Of a stretch of 64,000 bases of DNA, positions 9,125 to 17,698 are shown piece by piece. The position numbers and the translations under genes are program-made. The stretch comes from Candidatus Thalassarchaeum betae (lineage in GTDB: Archaea; Thermoplasmatota; Poseidoniia; Poseidoniales; Thalassarchaeaceae), in the NCBI GenBank assembly GCA_003193925.1, contig PSPG01000001.1:1-64000 (forward strand), written 5' to 3'. Every line of letters starts with the position of its first letter. Within the stretch, counting starts at the first letter, position 1. The notes beneath the pieces were generated by a model. The model worked only from the letters and a program-made list of their open reading frames with translations. It was not told the origin of the DNA and ran no database searches.

Positions 9125-9592
9125 TTGGATATGAGGGATGGTAAGCCCGGCCAGGACGCCGAGCAAGAAGAAGTGCGGGGTGTGGCGGCCAGACTCTCGG
9201 ACATCCCCTCGGAGCGCCTTGTCGAGGAGGTCGTCTCCGTCTGGGACGAACTCATACGAGTTGAGGAGGATCTGACTGTCTCCCGACAGCGAGCTCGGGC
9301 GTTGGAGGTGGAACTGGGAGCGCGGGGGGATGATGGTTTGATGCGTGCCAGGCTAGCTGAACTGGAGGAAGTGCTCAGAGTTGCAGACGCAAGAGTTTCC
9401 CAGATGGAGGGTCTTCTTGAGAATGAACGGCGTAGGCGGGCCGATCTCGAGGAGGGTGCTGGTCGGGGGCGGGTGGAGGAACTACAGGAGGAGAACGCCC
9501 GTCTGCTTCGTAGTGAAGAGGAGCAGATGATGCTCATCCTCGATATGGAGGCCCAGATCGATCGTCTTGTCTCGGAACTCGAGGAGGGTTAG
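9125..9592 (+). CDS. Hypothetical coiled-coil protein
   Basis: E/R/L-rich heptad-like sequence, 155 aa; stop overlaps the convergent gene by 4 nt. Confidence 0.65.
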   Translation: MDMRDGKPGQDAEQEEVRGVAARLSDIPSERLVEEVVSVWDELIRVEEDLTVSRQRARALEVELGARGDDGLMRARLAELEEVLRVADARVSQMEGLLENERRRRADLEEGAGRGRVEELQEENARLLRSEEEQMMLILDMEAQIDRLVSELEEG

Positions 9593-10404
9593 GCGCCGTT
9601 CATCTCGTTGATGAACTGAGTGAGAACTTGGTGGAGCTCGTCGGCGTCGTCGAACTCCTCGGCGAGATTGCCGGTGATAATCCAGTCGGCGCCAGCCTCA
9701 GCAGCCAGCCTCGCGGTTTTCCCATCGCGGATGCCGCCGCCAACCACCAGCGTCAGGTCGCAGGCCTCCTTGGCACTCTGGATAAGATTCTGTGCGACTG
9801 GATGGGAGGCCCCGCTCCCGGCTTCCAAGTAGAATATACGGAATCCATATGATTCCGCCGCCATCGCATAGGCCTTGACGCGCTCATCATCTTCAGCCTC
9901 GATGAGAGAGGCTTGGCCGACCTGCCCCGCCCGGCCGCCGGGAGCGCAGATGACGTATCCCATGGGGAGGGCTTCAATCCCGGCTTCCCTGATGAACGGA
10001 GCCCCCGCAGTCTGCTCCTCGATAAGGAACCGTGGGGAAGTGCTGTTCATCAGCATCATGAATGTGATCCCATCTGCAGCGGGGGAAAGAGCCGCTGCCC
10101 CTTGAGGGAACAGGATGATTGGAACCTGCCACTCCCCCTCATCGAGAGAAGAGTCTTGGCTCGAGGCCCAGGTGATCAGTTCCAACGCCTCGCGTATCGC
10201 TGTGATGGTATCGTGCACGTTATCAGTATCAGTCCCAGAAGAACCCCCCACCAGAATCATCCGACTACCTGCTGACACGGCTGCCACACAGCGCTTCGCG
10301 GCAACCTCAGCGCTCTGATCGGCGGGGTCGATGAGGATTGCGTGCCTCGTCCCGCCGCTGCGGTCGCAGACATATGCCAAGACCCAACTCTCCTCATTGG
10401 TCAT
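9589..10404 (-). CDS. Geranylgeranylglyceryl phosphate synthase (GGGPS/PcrB family)
   Basis: HAILIDP, LVGGS, PIILFP, YLEAGSG, VGGGIR, ITGN motifs. Confidence 0.92.
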   Translation of the reverse strand: MTNEESWVLAYVCDRSGGTRHAILIDPADQSAEVAAKRCVAAVSAGSRMILVGGSSGTDTDNVHDTITAIREALELITWASSQDSSLDEGEWQVPIILFPQGAAALSPAADGITFMMLMNSTSPRFLIEEQTAGAPFIREAGIEALPMGYVICAPGGRAGQVGQASLIEAEDDERVKAYAMAAESYGFRIFYLEAGSGASHPVAQNLIQSAKEACDLTLVVGGGIRDGKTARLAAEAGADWIITGNLAEEFDDADELHQVLTQFINEMNGA

Positions 10405-10437
10405 GAGTCATCCTCCTGAGTGTTCCATCTAAGGGTT

Positions 10438-11100
10438 TCAGCCAGGCCTCTTCCTCTCACAAGCAATAGTCGCTTTCTCGACCCCGGTTCTGATATCATC
10501 AATCAAACTGGAAGTGGGGTCGTCGCCGGTCCAACTCATTCTCTGAATCCATTGGACGTCTCTCGGCTCGCTCTCACACCACCAGACCTCTACCGTCCCA
10601 TCGACCCTAATCCCGCTGAGGCAGTCTCCCCCCAGAACGATGGTGTCGCACACACCCCCCTTCCAAATTGCCCCTTCCTCCCTAGCCCCAAGACAATCAA
10701 CCACTTGTTCGAAATGGATTGAGCCGGATCCCACCTCACCACCTCCTTGAAAGGACACCGGGCCGGAAGAAGTACCCACACTCACTGAGCAGCCCCGAAG
10801 AAGAATAGTTCCTCCCCTCTTCCCAAAGCATGTCATCAGAGACTTCAGCAACCATGAGCGCCGCACCGCGGAGCTCTCTCCATTTGGCTGTTGAGACCCC
10901 AGATTCCCATACCAATCCTCAGGAATTCCTCCCCACTCCTTGAATTCCACCAACCCAGGACTCTCCCCCTCCTCTGGAAATCCTACTTCCGCATCCTCAG
11001 TAATCAGAGAGATTTGGTATTCCGGTTTCTGATCGAGAATACTGTGCGCACAAGCCACTCCCTCTAATGTTGAGCCGATGACTGCTATTCTTGGCTTCAT
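10438..11100 (-). CDS. Short, degenerate geranylgeranyl-reductase-like protein
   Basis: Rossmann-like start RIAVIGSTLEGVACA, EDAEVGFP, VRRSWLLKSL..KRGG; start overlaps the ferredoxin stop (ATGA). Confidence 0.5.
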   Translation of the reverse strand: MKPRIAVIGSTLEGVACAHSILDQKPEYQISLITEDAEVGFPEEGESPGLVEFKEWGGIPEDWYGNLGSQQPNGESSAVRRSWLLKSLMTCFGKRGGTILLRGCSVSVGTSSGPVSFQGGGEVGSGSIHFEQVVDCLGAREEGAIWKGGVCDTIVLGGDCLSGIRVDGTVEVWWCESEPRDVQWIQRMSWTGDDPTSSLIDDIRTGVEKATIACERKRPG

Positions 11101-11306
11101 CCAATTACACCCCTCGGATCTATAGATAGAGCGAACACCGGACATGCCGGGATACACAGCTTGCAGTGGGTGCAGGATGATTCATGCACGTACACCATCA
11201 GCCCCTCAAGTGTCAGAGCATCCACAGGACAGAGTGCCACGCAGGCAGCGCAGCCGAAGCAGCGATCCTCATCGACGTTGAAGAGGTGGCCTGGGATTCT
11301 CCCCAT
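11097..11306 (-). CDS. 2x[4Fe-4S] ferredoxin
   Basis: CFGCAACVALCP and CTHCKLCIPACP. Confidence 0.93.
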   Translation of the reverse strand: MGRIPGHLFNVDEDRCFGCAACVALCPVDALTLEGLMVYVHESSCTHCKLCIPACPVFALSIDPRGVIG

Positions 11307-11555
11307 GAGACTCCGATGCGTGCCACTCTCAAATAGTGCCCTACCCCTGAATTTCCATTAGAACTGAATATCGATGGGGAAGATTCGATTGGGAGGTCAC
11401 CCATCTATCAATTTCGATAGTCATGTCGTTTATGCAAGCTCAAGACAATAACTATTCCGTACTACAGACTGTTCCCTGGTTGAACCACCCCATTCTGTAG
11501 TGGAAATCGACGGGGGGTCCGGTTGCCTGATGAAAGATGACCACCCCGGAGGCTC

Positions 11556-12863
11556 GTGGTGTTGTACACGCCGGGGCGCACGAGTTCATATCCCAAGGAT
11601 CCCGTGGAGAGCGGTTTACGGGCATTCTTCCTTGGCGGGGGTAATGAGGTTGGCAATGTCGGTTGCATACTCGAAGACCGCACTGGGACGAGATTACTAA
11701 TCGATTATGGGCTGTTACCATCAAATCCGCCAAAATATCCCAGTGAGTGTCCGGCAGTGGAACATGCCATCATGACTCACAGCCATATCGATCACATCGG
11801 TATGGCGCCTTGGCTGGTAGGGCATCATGGAGTGACGTTGCATGGGAGTAGGCTTACTGCTAAACTCTCAGAAATCATGTGGAGGGACACTTACAAGGTA
11901 TCCAGCATCGAAGGCTATCCTCTAGCTTGGGATCGACGGGATCTGGACGAAGCCCTGGGGTCATGGGAGACACATGAGTTGGGGGAGTGGTTTGAGATTG
12001 GGGCTTGGAGGTGCCGCTTCCATCGAGCTGGACACATTCCAGGAGCTGTGATGGTGGAGATCGAGACACCAGAGTTGCGGGTTCTCTGGTCGGGTGATAT
12101 GGATACCCGATCGACTCCGAATACTCTAGGCGCAAGACCCGTGGTTTGTGACGTTCTATTTCTCGAGGGAACCTATGGGGGGAGGGAGCACCCACCACGA
12201 GCAGAGGAGGAGAGCAGATTCGTAAGAAAGATCCAGTCGATAGTGGACCGAGGAGGCGTCGCAATGGTCCCAGCTTTCGCTTCAGGAAGGGGCCAAGACA
12301 TTCTCCGTATACTGCATCGTGAGGCACCGCATCTTGAGGTCCACTACGATGGGATGGGAACTCGTGTGACCTTAGATTGGATGGAGCACCCGGATTTCAT
12401 CCGCGAGGCCGCCGGACTACACAAGACATGGAGATGGTGCCGACGTGTTTCGAGCAAGTCCGATCGGAAGAAAGCCCTCGACGCTGACGTCATCGTGACA
12501 ACCAGTGGGATGCTCGACGGAGGACCGGTTATTTGGTATCTCAATCGGCTGCGACACAGTTCGGCTAACGGAATTCTCCTGACCGGCTACCAGGCCGAGG
12601 GCTCCGGCGGGCGGATGCTGCTCGAGAGGAGGAAACTACGCATCTTCGGCAGGATCACTCCTGTGGAACTCGAAGTCGATCAGTTCACCCTCTCCAATCA
12701 CGCAGGGCACTCCGAACTCTGCTCCTTCGCCCGCGACTGCGCGCCCAAGCATCTGGTTATTTTCCACGCGGATCAGGAGGCTCGTGAGGCGCTCTCTGAA
12801 GAAATTGCACAGGAAATGAAGGTTCACTTACCAGTGAATGGAACCGAACTTCGGCTATCTTAA
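11556..12863 (+). CDS. Metallo-beta-lactamase/beta-CASP ribonuclease (aCPSF2-like, no KH domains)
   Basis: GGGNEVG, THSHIDHIG, AGHIPG, SGD, EGTYG, SGMLDGG, TGYQAEGS, SNHA. Confidence 0.9.
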   Translation: MVLYTPGRTSSYPKDPVESGLRAFFLGGGNEVGNVGCILEDRTGTRLLIDYGLLPSNPPKYPSECPAVEHAIMTHSHIDHIGMAPWLVGHHGVTLHGSRLTAKLSEIMWRDTYKVSSIEGYPLAWDRRDLDEALGSWETHELGEWFEIGAWRCRFHRAGHIPGAVMVEIETPELRVLWSGDMDTRSTPNTLGARPVVCDVLFLEGTYGGREHPPRAEEESRFVRKIQSIVDRGGVAMVPAFASGRGQDILRILHREAPHLEVHYDGMGTRVTLDWMEHPDFIREAAGLHKTWRWCRRVSSKSDRKKALDADVIVTTSGMLDGGPVIWYLNRLRHSSANGILLTGYQAEGSGGRMLLERRKLRIFGRITPVELEVDQFTLSNHAGHSELCSFARDCAPKHLVIFHADQEAREALSEEIAQEMKVHLPVNGTELRLS

Positions 12864-12957
12864 TTCCAAATCCCCCACGAACTATTGATAGGCTGCACCA
12901 GACTCACGTGAAACACTCAGGCGAGAGCCTAGGTACAATGGAAAAAAAGGTGAAAAA

Positions 12958-14397
12958 ATGGAAGCATTAGATCGACAATTTGGAGTGACAGAAGCGGGAA
13001 GCACTGTCGAAGGAGAAATTAGGGCTGGGGTTACGACATTCCTGACAATGGCGTATATCCTATTGGTTAACCCAGCCATGCTCTCCATCGCAGGGATTCC
13101 CTTCGATGACGCACTGTTCGCGACGGCAATAGCCGCCTTCGTGGGCTGTGTTGTAATGGGGTTGTATGCGAACCTACCGTTCGCACTGGCCCCTGGAATG
13201 GGACTGAATGCGTACTTTACGTTCGCAGTGGTCCTCGGTATGGGCATATCTTGGCAGGTAGCCCTAGCCGCTGTGTTCGTTGAGGGCATACTGTTCCTGG
13301 CAATGTCGTTGCCAGCAATCCCTGTGATTGGGGGTTGGAGATCGATAATGATCAACTCGATCCCGACGGATCTGAAGATAGCCACGGGAGCCGGTATCGG
13401 CATGTTCCTGGCGATCATCGGCCTTCGAGAGATGGGGTGGATTCAGGACGACGGAGCCACCTTGGTCAATCTCGGGGCGACGGAGTCGTTCACGTACGAC
13501 CACGGCGCACTCATTTCGATGGTCTGCCTCATCGCGATAGCCGTGATGATGGCTCGAGGCATCAATGGCGCGATTATCATCGGTATCGGTGTAGCTTCGG
13601 TCTGGGGTTGGGCTACTGGGGCATACGACCCCTACAACGACTACATGGCCGGCGGTGCTGGTTTTGGCTCTGCATATGCGGAGTGGCCATCAGCTGCGGT
13701 CGGATTCGTTGGCTTGCCTGAGGAATCCCTCTTCGCGGCCACTGGGGCTCTGGGCGACATCGGCGGCGATGTGCCACTTGGTGACTTCATGCTAGTGATG
13801 ATCACCTTCCTGTTCGTCGACATCTTCGACACGGCCGGGACCCTCTACTCTGTGGGTCGCCAGGCCGGCTACGTCGATGAGAACGACGAGCTGATGAACT
13901 CTGACGAGGCATTCGTGTCCGACGCTGCAGCAAGCATAGTCGGCGCACTCTGCGGAACCAGTACGACGACGACCTACATCGAGTCGGCTGCCGGAGTCGA
14001 GGAAGGCGGAAAGACCGGACTGGTAGCAGTGACTGTGGGTGTTCTGATGCTCTCAGGACTGTTCTTCTCAGACCTGTTCCAAGCTGTCCCGACATTCGCG
14101 GCCGCCTGCGCTCTGGTAATCATCGGCGCTCTGATGATGCGCCAAGCCGCTGACATCAACTGGATGGACAAGGAGATGGCTCTGCCAGCTTTCCTGACCA
14201 TCTGCCTGATGCCCTTCACATATTCCATCGCGGATGGAATCGCTTGGGGCATCATCAGCTATGTGGCTATCAAGCTAGGCATGGGTAAGATGGATGAGCT
14301 GAACCCAGTCATGTGGACGCTGTTCGCACTGATGGCGATGTTCTACCTCGGACCCGGCGATCAGTCGACTTTCGAGTACCTACTCGGAAACCTCTGA
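12958..14397 (+). CDS. NCS2/AzgA-family purine permease
   Basis: AGVTTFLTMAYILLVNP, APGMGLNAYF, DIFDTAGT, YIESAAG, PFTYSIADG; next to apt. Confidence 0.93.
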   Translation: MEALDRQFGVTEAGSTVEGEIRAGVTTFLTMAYILLVNPAMLSIAGIPFDDALFATAIAAFVGCVVMGLYANLPFALAPGMGLNAYFTFAVVLGMGISWQVALAAVFVEGILFLAMSLPAIPVIGGWRSIMINSIPTDLKIATGAGIGMFLAIIGLREMGWIQDDGATLVNLGATESFTYDHGALISMVCLIAIAVMMARGINGAIIIGIGVASVWGWATGAYDPYNDYMAGGAGFGSAYAEWPSAAVGFVGLPEESLFAATGALGDIGGDVPLGDFMLVMITFLFVDIFDTAGTLYSVGRQAGYVDENDELMNSDEAFVSDAAASIVGALCGTSTTTTYIESAAGVEEGGKTGLVAVTVGVLMLSGLFFSDLFQAVPTFAAACALVIIGALMMRQAADINWMDKEMALPAFLTICLMPFTYSIADGIAWGIISYVAIKLGMGKMDELNPVMWTLFALMAMFYLGPGDQSTFEYLLGNL

Positions 14398-14477
14398 GCG
14401 GGAATTACGTAACGGGAAACTTGGGCCTGACGGCATAGCCTGAAGGCCCAAGCCCCTCCCCCGACGGAGCGGGTAGC

Positions 14478-15020
14478 GTGTCTGACGAGTTGCTCCAGAG
14501 CCTGAGGAACACCGTACGCACGGTGCCGGACTTCCCGATTGAAGGGATCATGTTCCGCGACATCACCCCCGTGCTTGGTGACCCGGGCCTCCTGTCACGC
14601 GTCACCAATCGTTTCGCTGAAGATATGGGGGGCCTGGGCTGGCGACCCGACGCGGTCGTCGGTCCAGAGGCCCGTGGTTTCATCTTCGGCCCCCTCCTCG
14701 CGGCCAAACTGGGAGTCGGTTTCATCCCGGTCCGCAGATCCGGCAAACTCCCAGCCCCGACCAGGCAGGTCGAGTACAATCTCGAATACGGCACCAACAC
14801 TCTCGAGATGCATGACGACGCAATATCACCCGGACAGAGGATCGTGGTGATTGACGATTTGCTGGCCACCGGGGGGACCGCGGCTGCATGCGTCGAATTG
14901 ATCGAGGCAGCCGGAGCTGAGGTGATGGGCTCGCTGTTCGTGATAGAGTTGATTGGATTGGGGGGTAGGGAGCGCTTGGCCCCCACGCCCGTCCACGCAC
15001 TGGTCGAGTTCCCAGCATGA
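14478..15020 (+). CDS. apt: Adenine phosphoribosyltransferase
   Basis: PDFPIEGIMFRDITP, EARGF, LEYGT, IDDLLATGGT. Confidence 0.96.
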   Translation: MSDELLQSLRNTVRTVPDFPIEGIMFRDITPVLGDPGLLSRVTNRFAEDMGGLGWRPDAVVGPEARGFIFGPLLAAKLGVGFIPVRRSGKLPAPTRQVEYNLEYGTNTLEMHDDAISPGQRIVVIDDLLATGGTAAACVELIEAAGAEVMGSLFVIELIGLGGRERLAPTPVHALVEFPA

Positions 15021-15079
15021 AAACTCCAACAACATCCCGATTTCTTCAAAGGGACTCGGTGTTTGCATGGGGCGTTAGC

Positions 15080-15595
15080 ATGGCGCGCAAACCCCCTCCC
15101 CCACCTCCTCCACCTCCAAAGGGGAAGAAGGGGCCCCCACCTCCCCCACCCCCACCTCCGAAGGGGAAGAAGGGGCCCCCACCTCCTCCCAAGGCGAAGA
15201 AATCACCACCACCAAAGCCGAAGAAGACCGCCCCAGCTCCACCTAAAGGGAGGAAGCCGCGCCGAAGGAAGGGTAAACGGCCCGCAGCCAAGGGAGCGAA
15301 GACGACTCAGAAAGGCAAACCTAGGAAGAGGGGTCGGAGGATTCGAATCAAGTTGGGCCTCAGGCAGTCCAGAATCAGAGAGCAGAAGGATTCCTATGAG
15401 GACCAGATGGGATGGACAGTCACACAGCAGGTTCTCGAGCCCTTCGAGGACCTCGAGTCCCAAGAATCCGACATCCTAACCCACCAGTGCTCGATGTGCG
15501 GCTCGATAATGCAGATTCCCCACCCCAAGCGCGAGCGATACAAGGTCATCTGCGCCTACTCTGAGTGCGGCCACGAGGACATGATAGGATTCTGA
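15080..15595 (+). CDS. Poly-proline/Lys-rich protein with C-terminal zinc ribbon
   Basis: P9KGKKG repeats, basic tract, C-terminal CSMC...CAYSEC; stop abuts the convergent gene. Confidence 0.75.
   Translation: MARKPPPPPPPPPKGKKGPPPPPPPPPKGKKGPPPPPKAKKSPPPKPKKTAPAPPKGRKPRRRKGKRPAAKGAKTTQKGKPRKRGRRIRIKLGLRQSRIREQKDSYEDQMGWTVTQQVLEPFEDLESQESDILTHQCSMCGSIMQIPHPKRERYKVICAYSECGHEDMIGF
15092..15202 (+). repeat. Imperfect 42-bp tandem repeat encoding PPPPPPPPPKGKKG (2 copies plus a partial)
   Basis: aaggggaagaaggggcccccacct occurs twice, 42 nt apart; Pro codons vary synonymously. Confidence 0.85.
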
Positions 15596-16387
15596 TCAGA
15601 CCCCAGCCACCTCCAGTATGCGATTTGCTGCTGCTATGACGAGCACCGCGACGAGCAACCTGCGCACCATCCTCTGCGGAGCTACGTCGGCACCGAGGCG
15701 TGAGCCGAGGAATCCACCGAGCATGACAACCACTGCAAATGAGCCGAGCACCCCGAAATCCAACTCTATCTGACCTGATAGGGAGGCGCCAGCCAGCCCG
15801 GCGGCGGAATTGAGCCAGATGAACAGAGCAGCGGTCGCAGCTGCGGCCTTCGGGGTGGCCCACTTCTTGAGCATGAGCACAGGAGACAGGAAGATCCCCC
15901 CTCCCACTCCGGTGATCCCACTCGCAAGGCCTATGGCGCCACCGATGGGGAGGGCAGTTGCAGTACTCGGGTATCCCATCACCCCCACTCCCCCTTCATC
16001 TCTTACCGAGAGCAGGCGCCAGGCTGCCCAGAGCAGAGCGATGCTGAGGATGACATCGTAGATCTCCCCACCGACTCTCATGTAGCCACCGAGTACGGCG
16101 AGTGGGATGCTAGCAGCGACGAAGGGAAGAGTCAACTTTGGGAGGTGGTGCCCTGCTCTCTGGTAATGCCAGAAGGCGATTCCCGCGACAATGAGATTCA
16201 GGCTCCACGCGTACTGCTTCAACCACTCCGCCTCCATTGTTCCGTAGGAGGTCAGGGAGAGCACGGCGAGGTATCCGGAGCCACCGCCGTGACCCACCGA
16301 GGAGTACAACATCGCCACTAGGAACAATCCGATGAGGATGAGGCCGAACTCCGTCGAAACCACGCATGACCCACATAGGAAGAACAC
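15596..16387 (-). CDS. TauE/SafE (TSUP) family sulfur-compound transporter
   Basis: YSSVGHGGGSGY and GITGVGGGIFLSP repeats, multiple TM helices. True start is probably slightly downstream. Confidence 0.88.
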   Translation of the reverse strand: MFFLCGSCVVSTEFGLILIGLFLVAMLYSSVGHGGGSGYLAVLSLTSYGTMEAEWLKQYAWSLNLIVAGIAFWHYQRAGHHLPKLTLPFVAASIPLAVLGGYMRVGGEIYDVILSIALLWAAWRLLSVRDEGGVGVMGYPSTATALPIGGAIGLASGITGVGGGIFLSPVLMLKKWATPKAAAATAALFIWLNSAAGLAGASLSGQIELDFGVLGSFAVVVMLGGFLGSRLGADVAPQRMVRRLLVAVLVIAAANRILEVAGV

Positions 16388-16413
16388 TTCAACTCAACCG
16401 CCGCTCAAGCGTC

Positions 16414-17622
16414 ATGGAGACGGGCGTCACTCTCGAGCGAGGCATCGAACTTGCATGCTCCGCTCCGTTCACCAGACACACCGAGAAGGTAAGTCTGGAT
16501 GAGGCCGCGGACCGGGTTTTGGCTGCGCATCTCGCTTCCAAGGTCGACGACCCGTGCTTCGATAACTCTGCGATGGACGGCTGGGCTGTTCGTGCGGAAG
16601 ACTGCCTGCAGGACGGTGCGGAATTGAGAATAATTGGCACGAGCCAAGCCGGGGCGAACGCGCCCCCACCGGTAGCATCAGGCGAGGCCTGCAGGATAAT
16701 GACTGGCGCGCCGATGCCTGAAGGAGCCGACGCCATCGTGATGATCGAGGACTCGGAGGAGACTGATGGCTTGGTCAGGATATCGGGCCCGGCCCGGCCC
16801 AATTACATCCGCCGCAGGGGCGAGAACCTCATTCTGGACCAGATAGCCCTGCATGCAGGCACGCAGATGAGCCCCGCAGCAGTTTCCCTTGCCGCGACGA
16901 TGGGTCACGACGAAATCGAGGTGGTCGCTCGACCGAGGATAGCAGTAATCAGCACCGGGGATGAGCTGGTCCCGCCCGGCCAAGAACTCTCTGAGGGCGA
17001 GATACACGAGTCGAACTCCTACGGCCTCGCCTCTTTGGTCGAGAGGATGGGCGGCGAGGCCGTTCGCTTCGATATTATTCACGACACCATCGAAGGACTA
17101 CGCGACGCCCTCGACTCAGCCGCCAACGACTGCGACGCGCTCATTACTAGCGGTGGTGTCAGCATGGGCCAGTGGGATTTGGTCCGCAAACTGATGGAGG
17201 AAGAGGGGACACCGCTCTTCTGGAGACTCAGACTCAGTCCAGGCGGCCCACCGATTTTCGGTACCTGGAAGGGCACGCCACTGTTCGGCCTCCCTGGTAA
17301 TCCGGTGAGCAGCCATGTGGTGTTCATCGCCCTTGTCGCCCCTTGGATGTCGCATTGCATGGAAGCCCACCCCGAACTCGGGCCGAAACTTGCGGAGAAG
17401 GTGAAGGTCAAACTCGTGGACTCTGTGAGGGGAGCGCGGGGTAAACTCTGCATGAGACGCATCATGATCAAGCCCGCCGGGGACGGCCTGTCAGCATCGG
17501 TGCACACCCACCAGGGAAGCGGTAACATCCACAGCATGGTGGCGCACAACGGCCTCACCCTCCTTCCACCGGACACCGACGCAGAGGCAGGAGACACCAT
17601 CGATGCCCTTTGGCTGAGATGA
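16414..17622 (+). CDS. moeA: Molybdopterin molybdotransferase
   Basis: FDNSAMDGWAV, IMTGAPMP, STGDEL, SGGVSMG, GLPGNPVS. Confidence 0.95.
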   Translation: METGVTLERGIELACSAPFTRHTEKVSLDEAADRVLAAHLASKVDDPCFDNSAMDGWAVRAEDCLQDGAELRIIGTSQAGANAPPPVASGEACRIMTGAPMPEGADAIVMIEDSEETDGLVRISGPARPNYIRRRGENLILDQIALHAGTQMSPAAVSLAATMGHDEIEVVARPRIAVISTGDELVPPGQELSEGEIHESNSYGLASLVERMGGEAVRFDIIHDTIEGLRDALDSAANDCDALITSGGVSMGQWDLVRKLMEEEGTPLFWRLRLSPGGPPIFGTWKGTPLFGLPGNPVSSHVVFIALVAPWMSHCMEAHPELGPKLAEKVKVKLVDSVRGARGKLCMRRIMIKPAGDGLSASVHTHQGSGNIHSMVAHNGLTLLPPDTDAEAGDTIDALWLR

Positions 17623-17698
17623 GGCACATCTTGCTGGTGCGAGCATGAATTCAAGGACAACCTCGCGCACGCTTGCTCCGCGCGCGGGGTGCTGAGAC

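Noticed and set aside
11525-11550. CTGATGA as a hammerhead ribozyme core or C/D box
   Set aside because: GAAA follows immediately with no stem II, and no matching D box or terminal stem was found.
15092-15260. Repeats as a CRISPR array
   Set aside because: They are in-frame coding repeats without unique spacers, and no cas genes are present.
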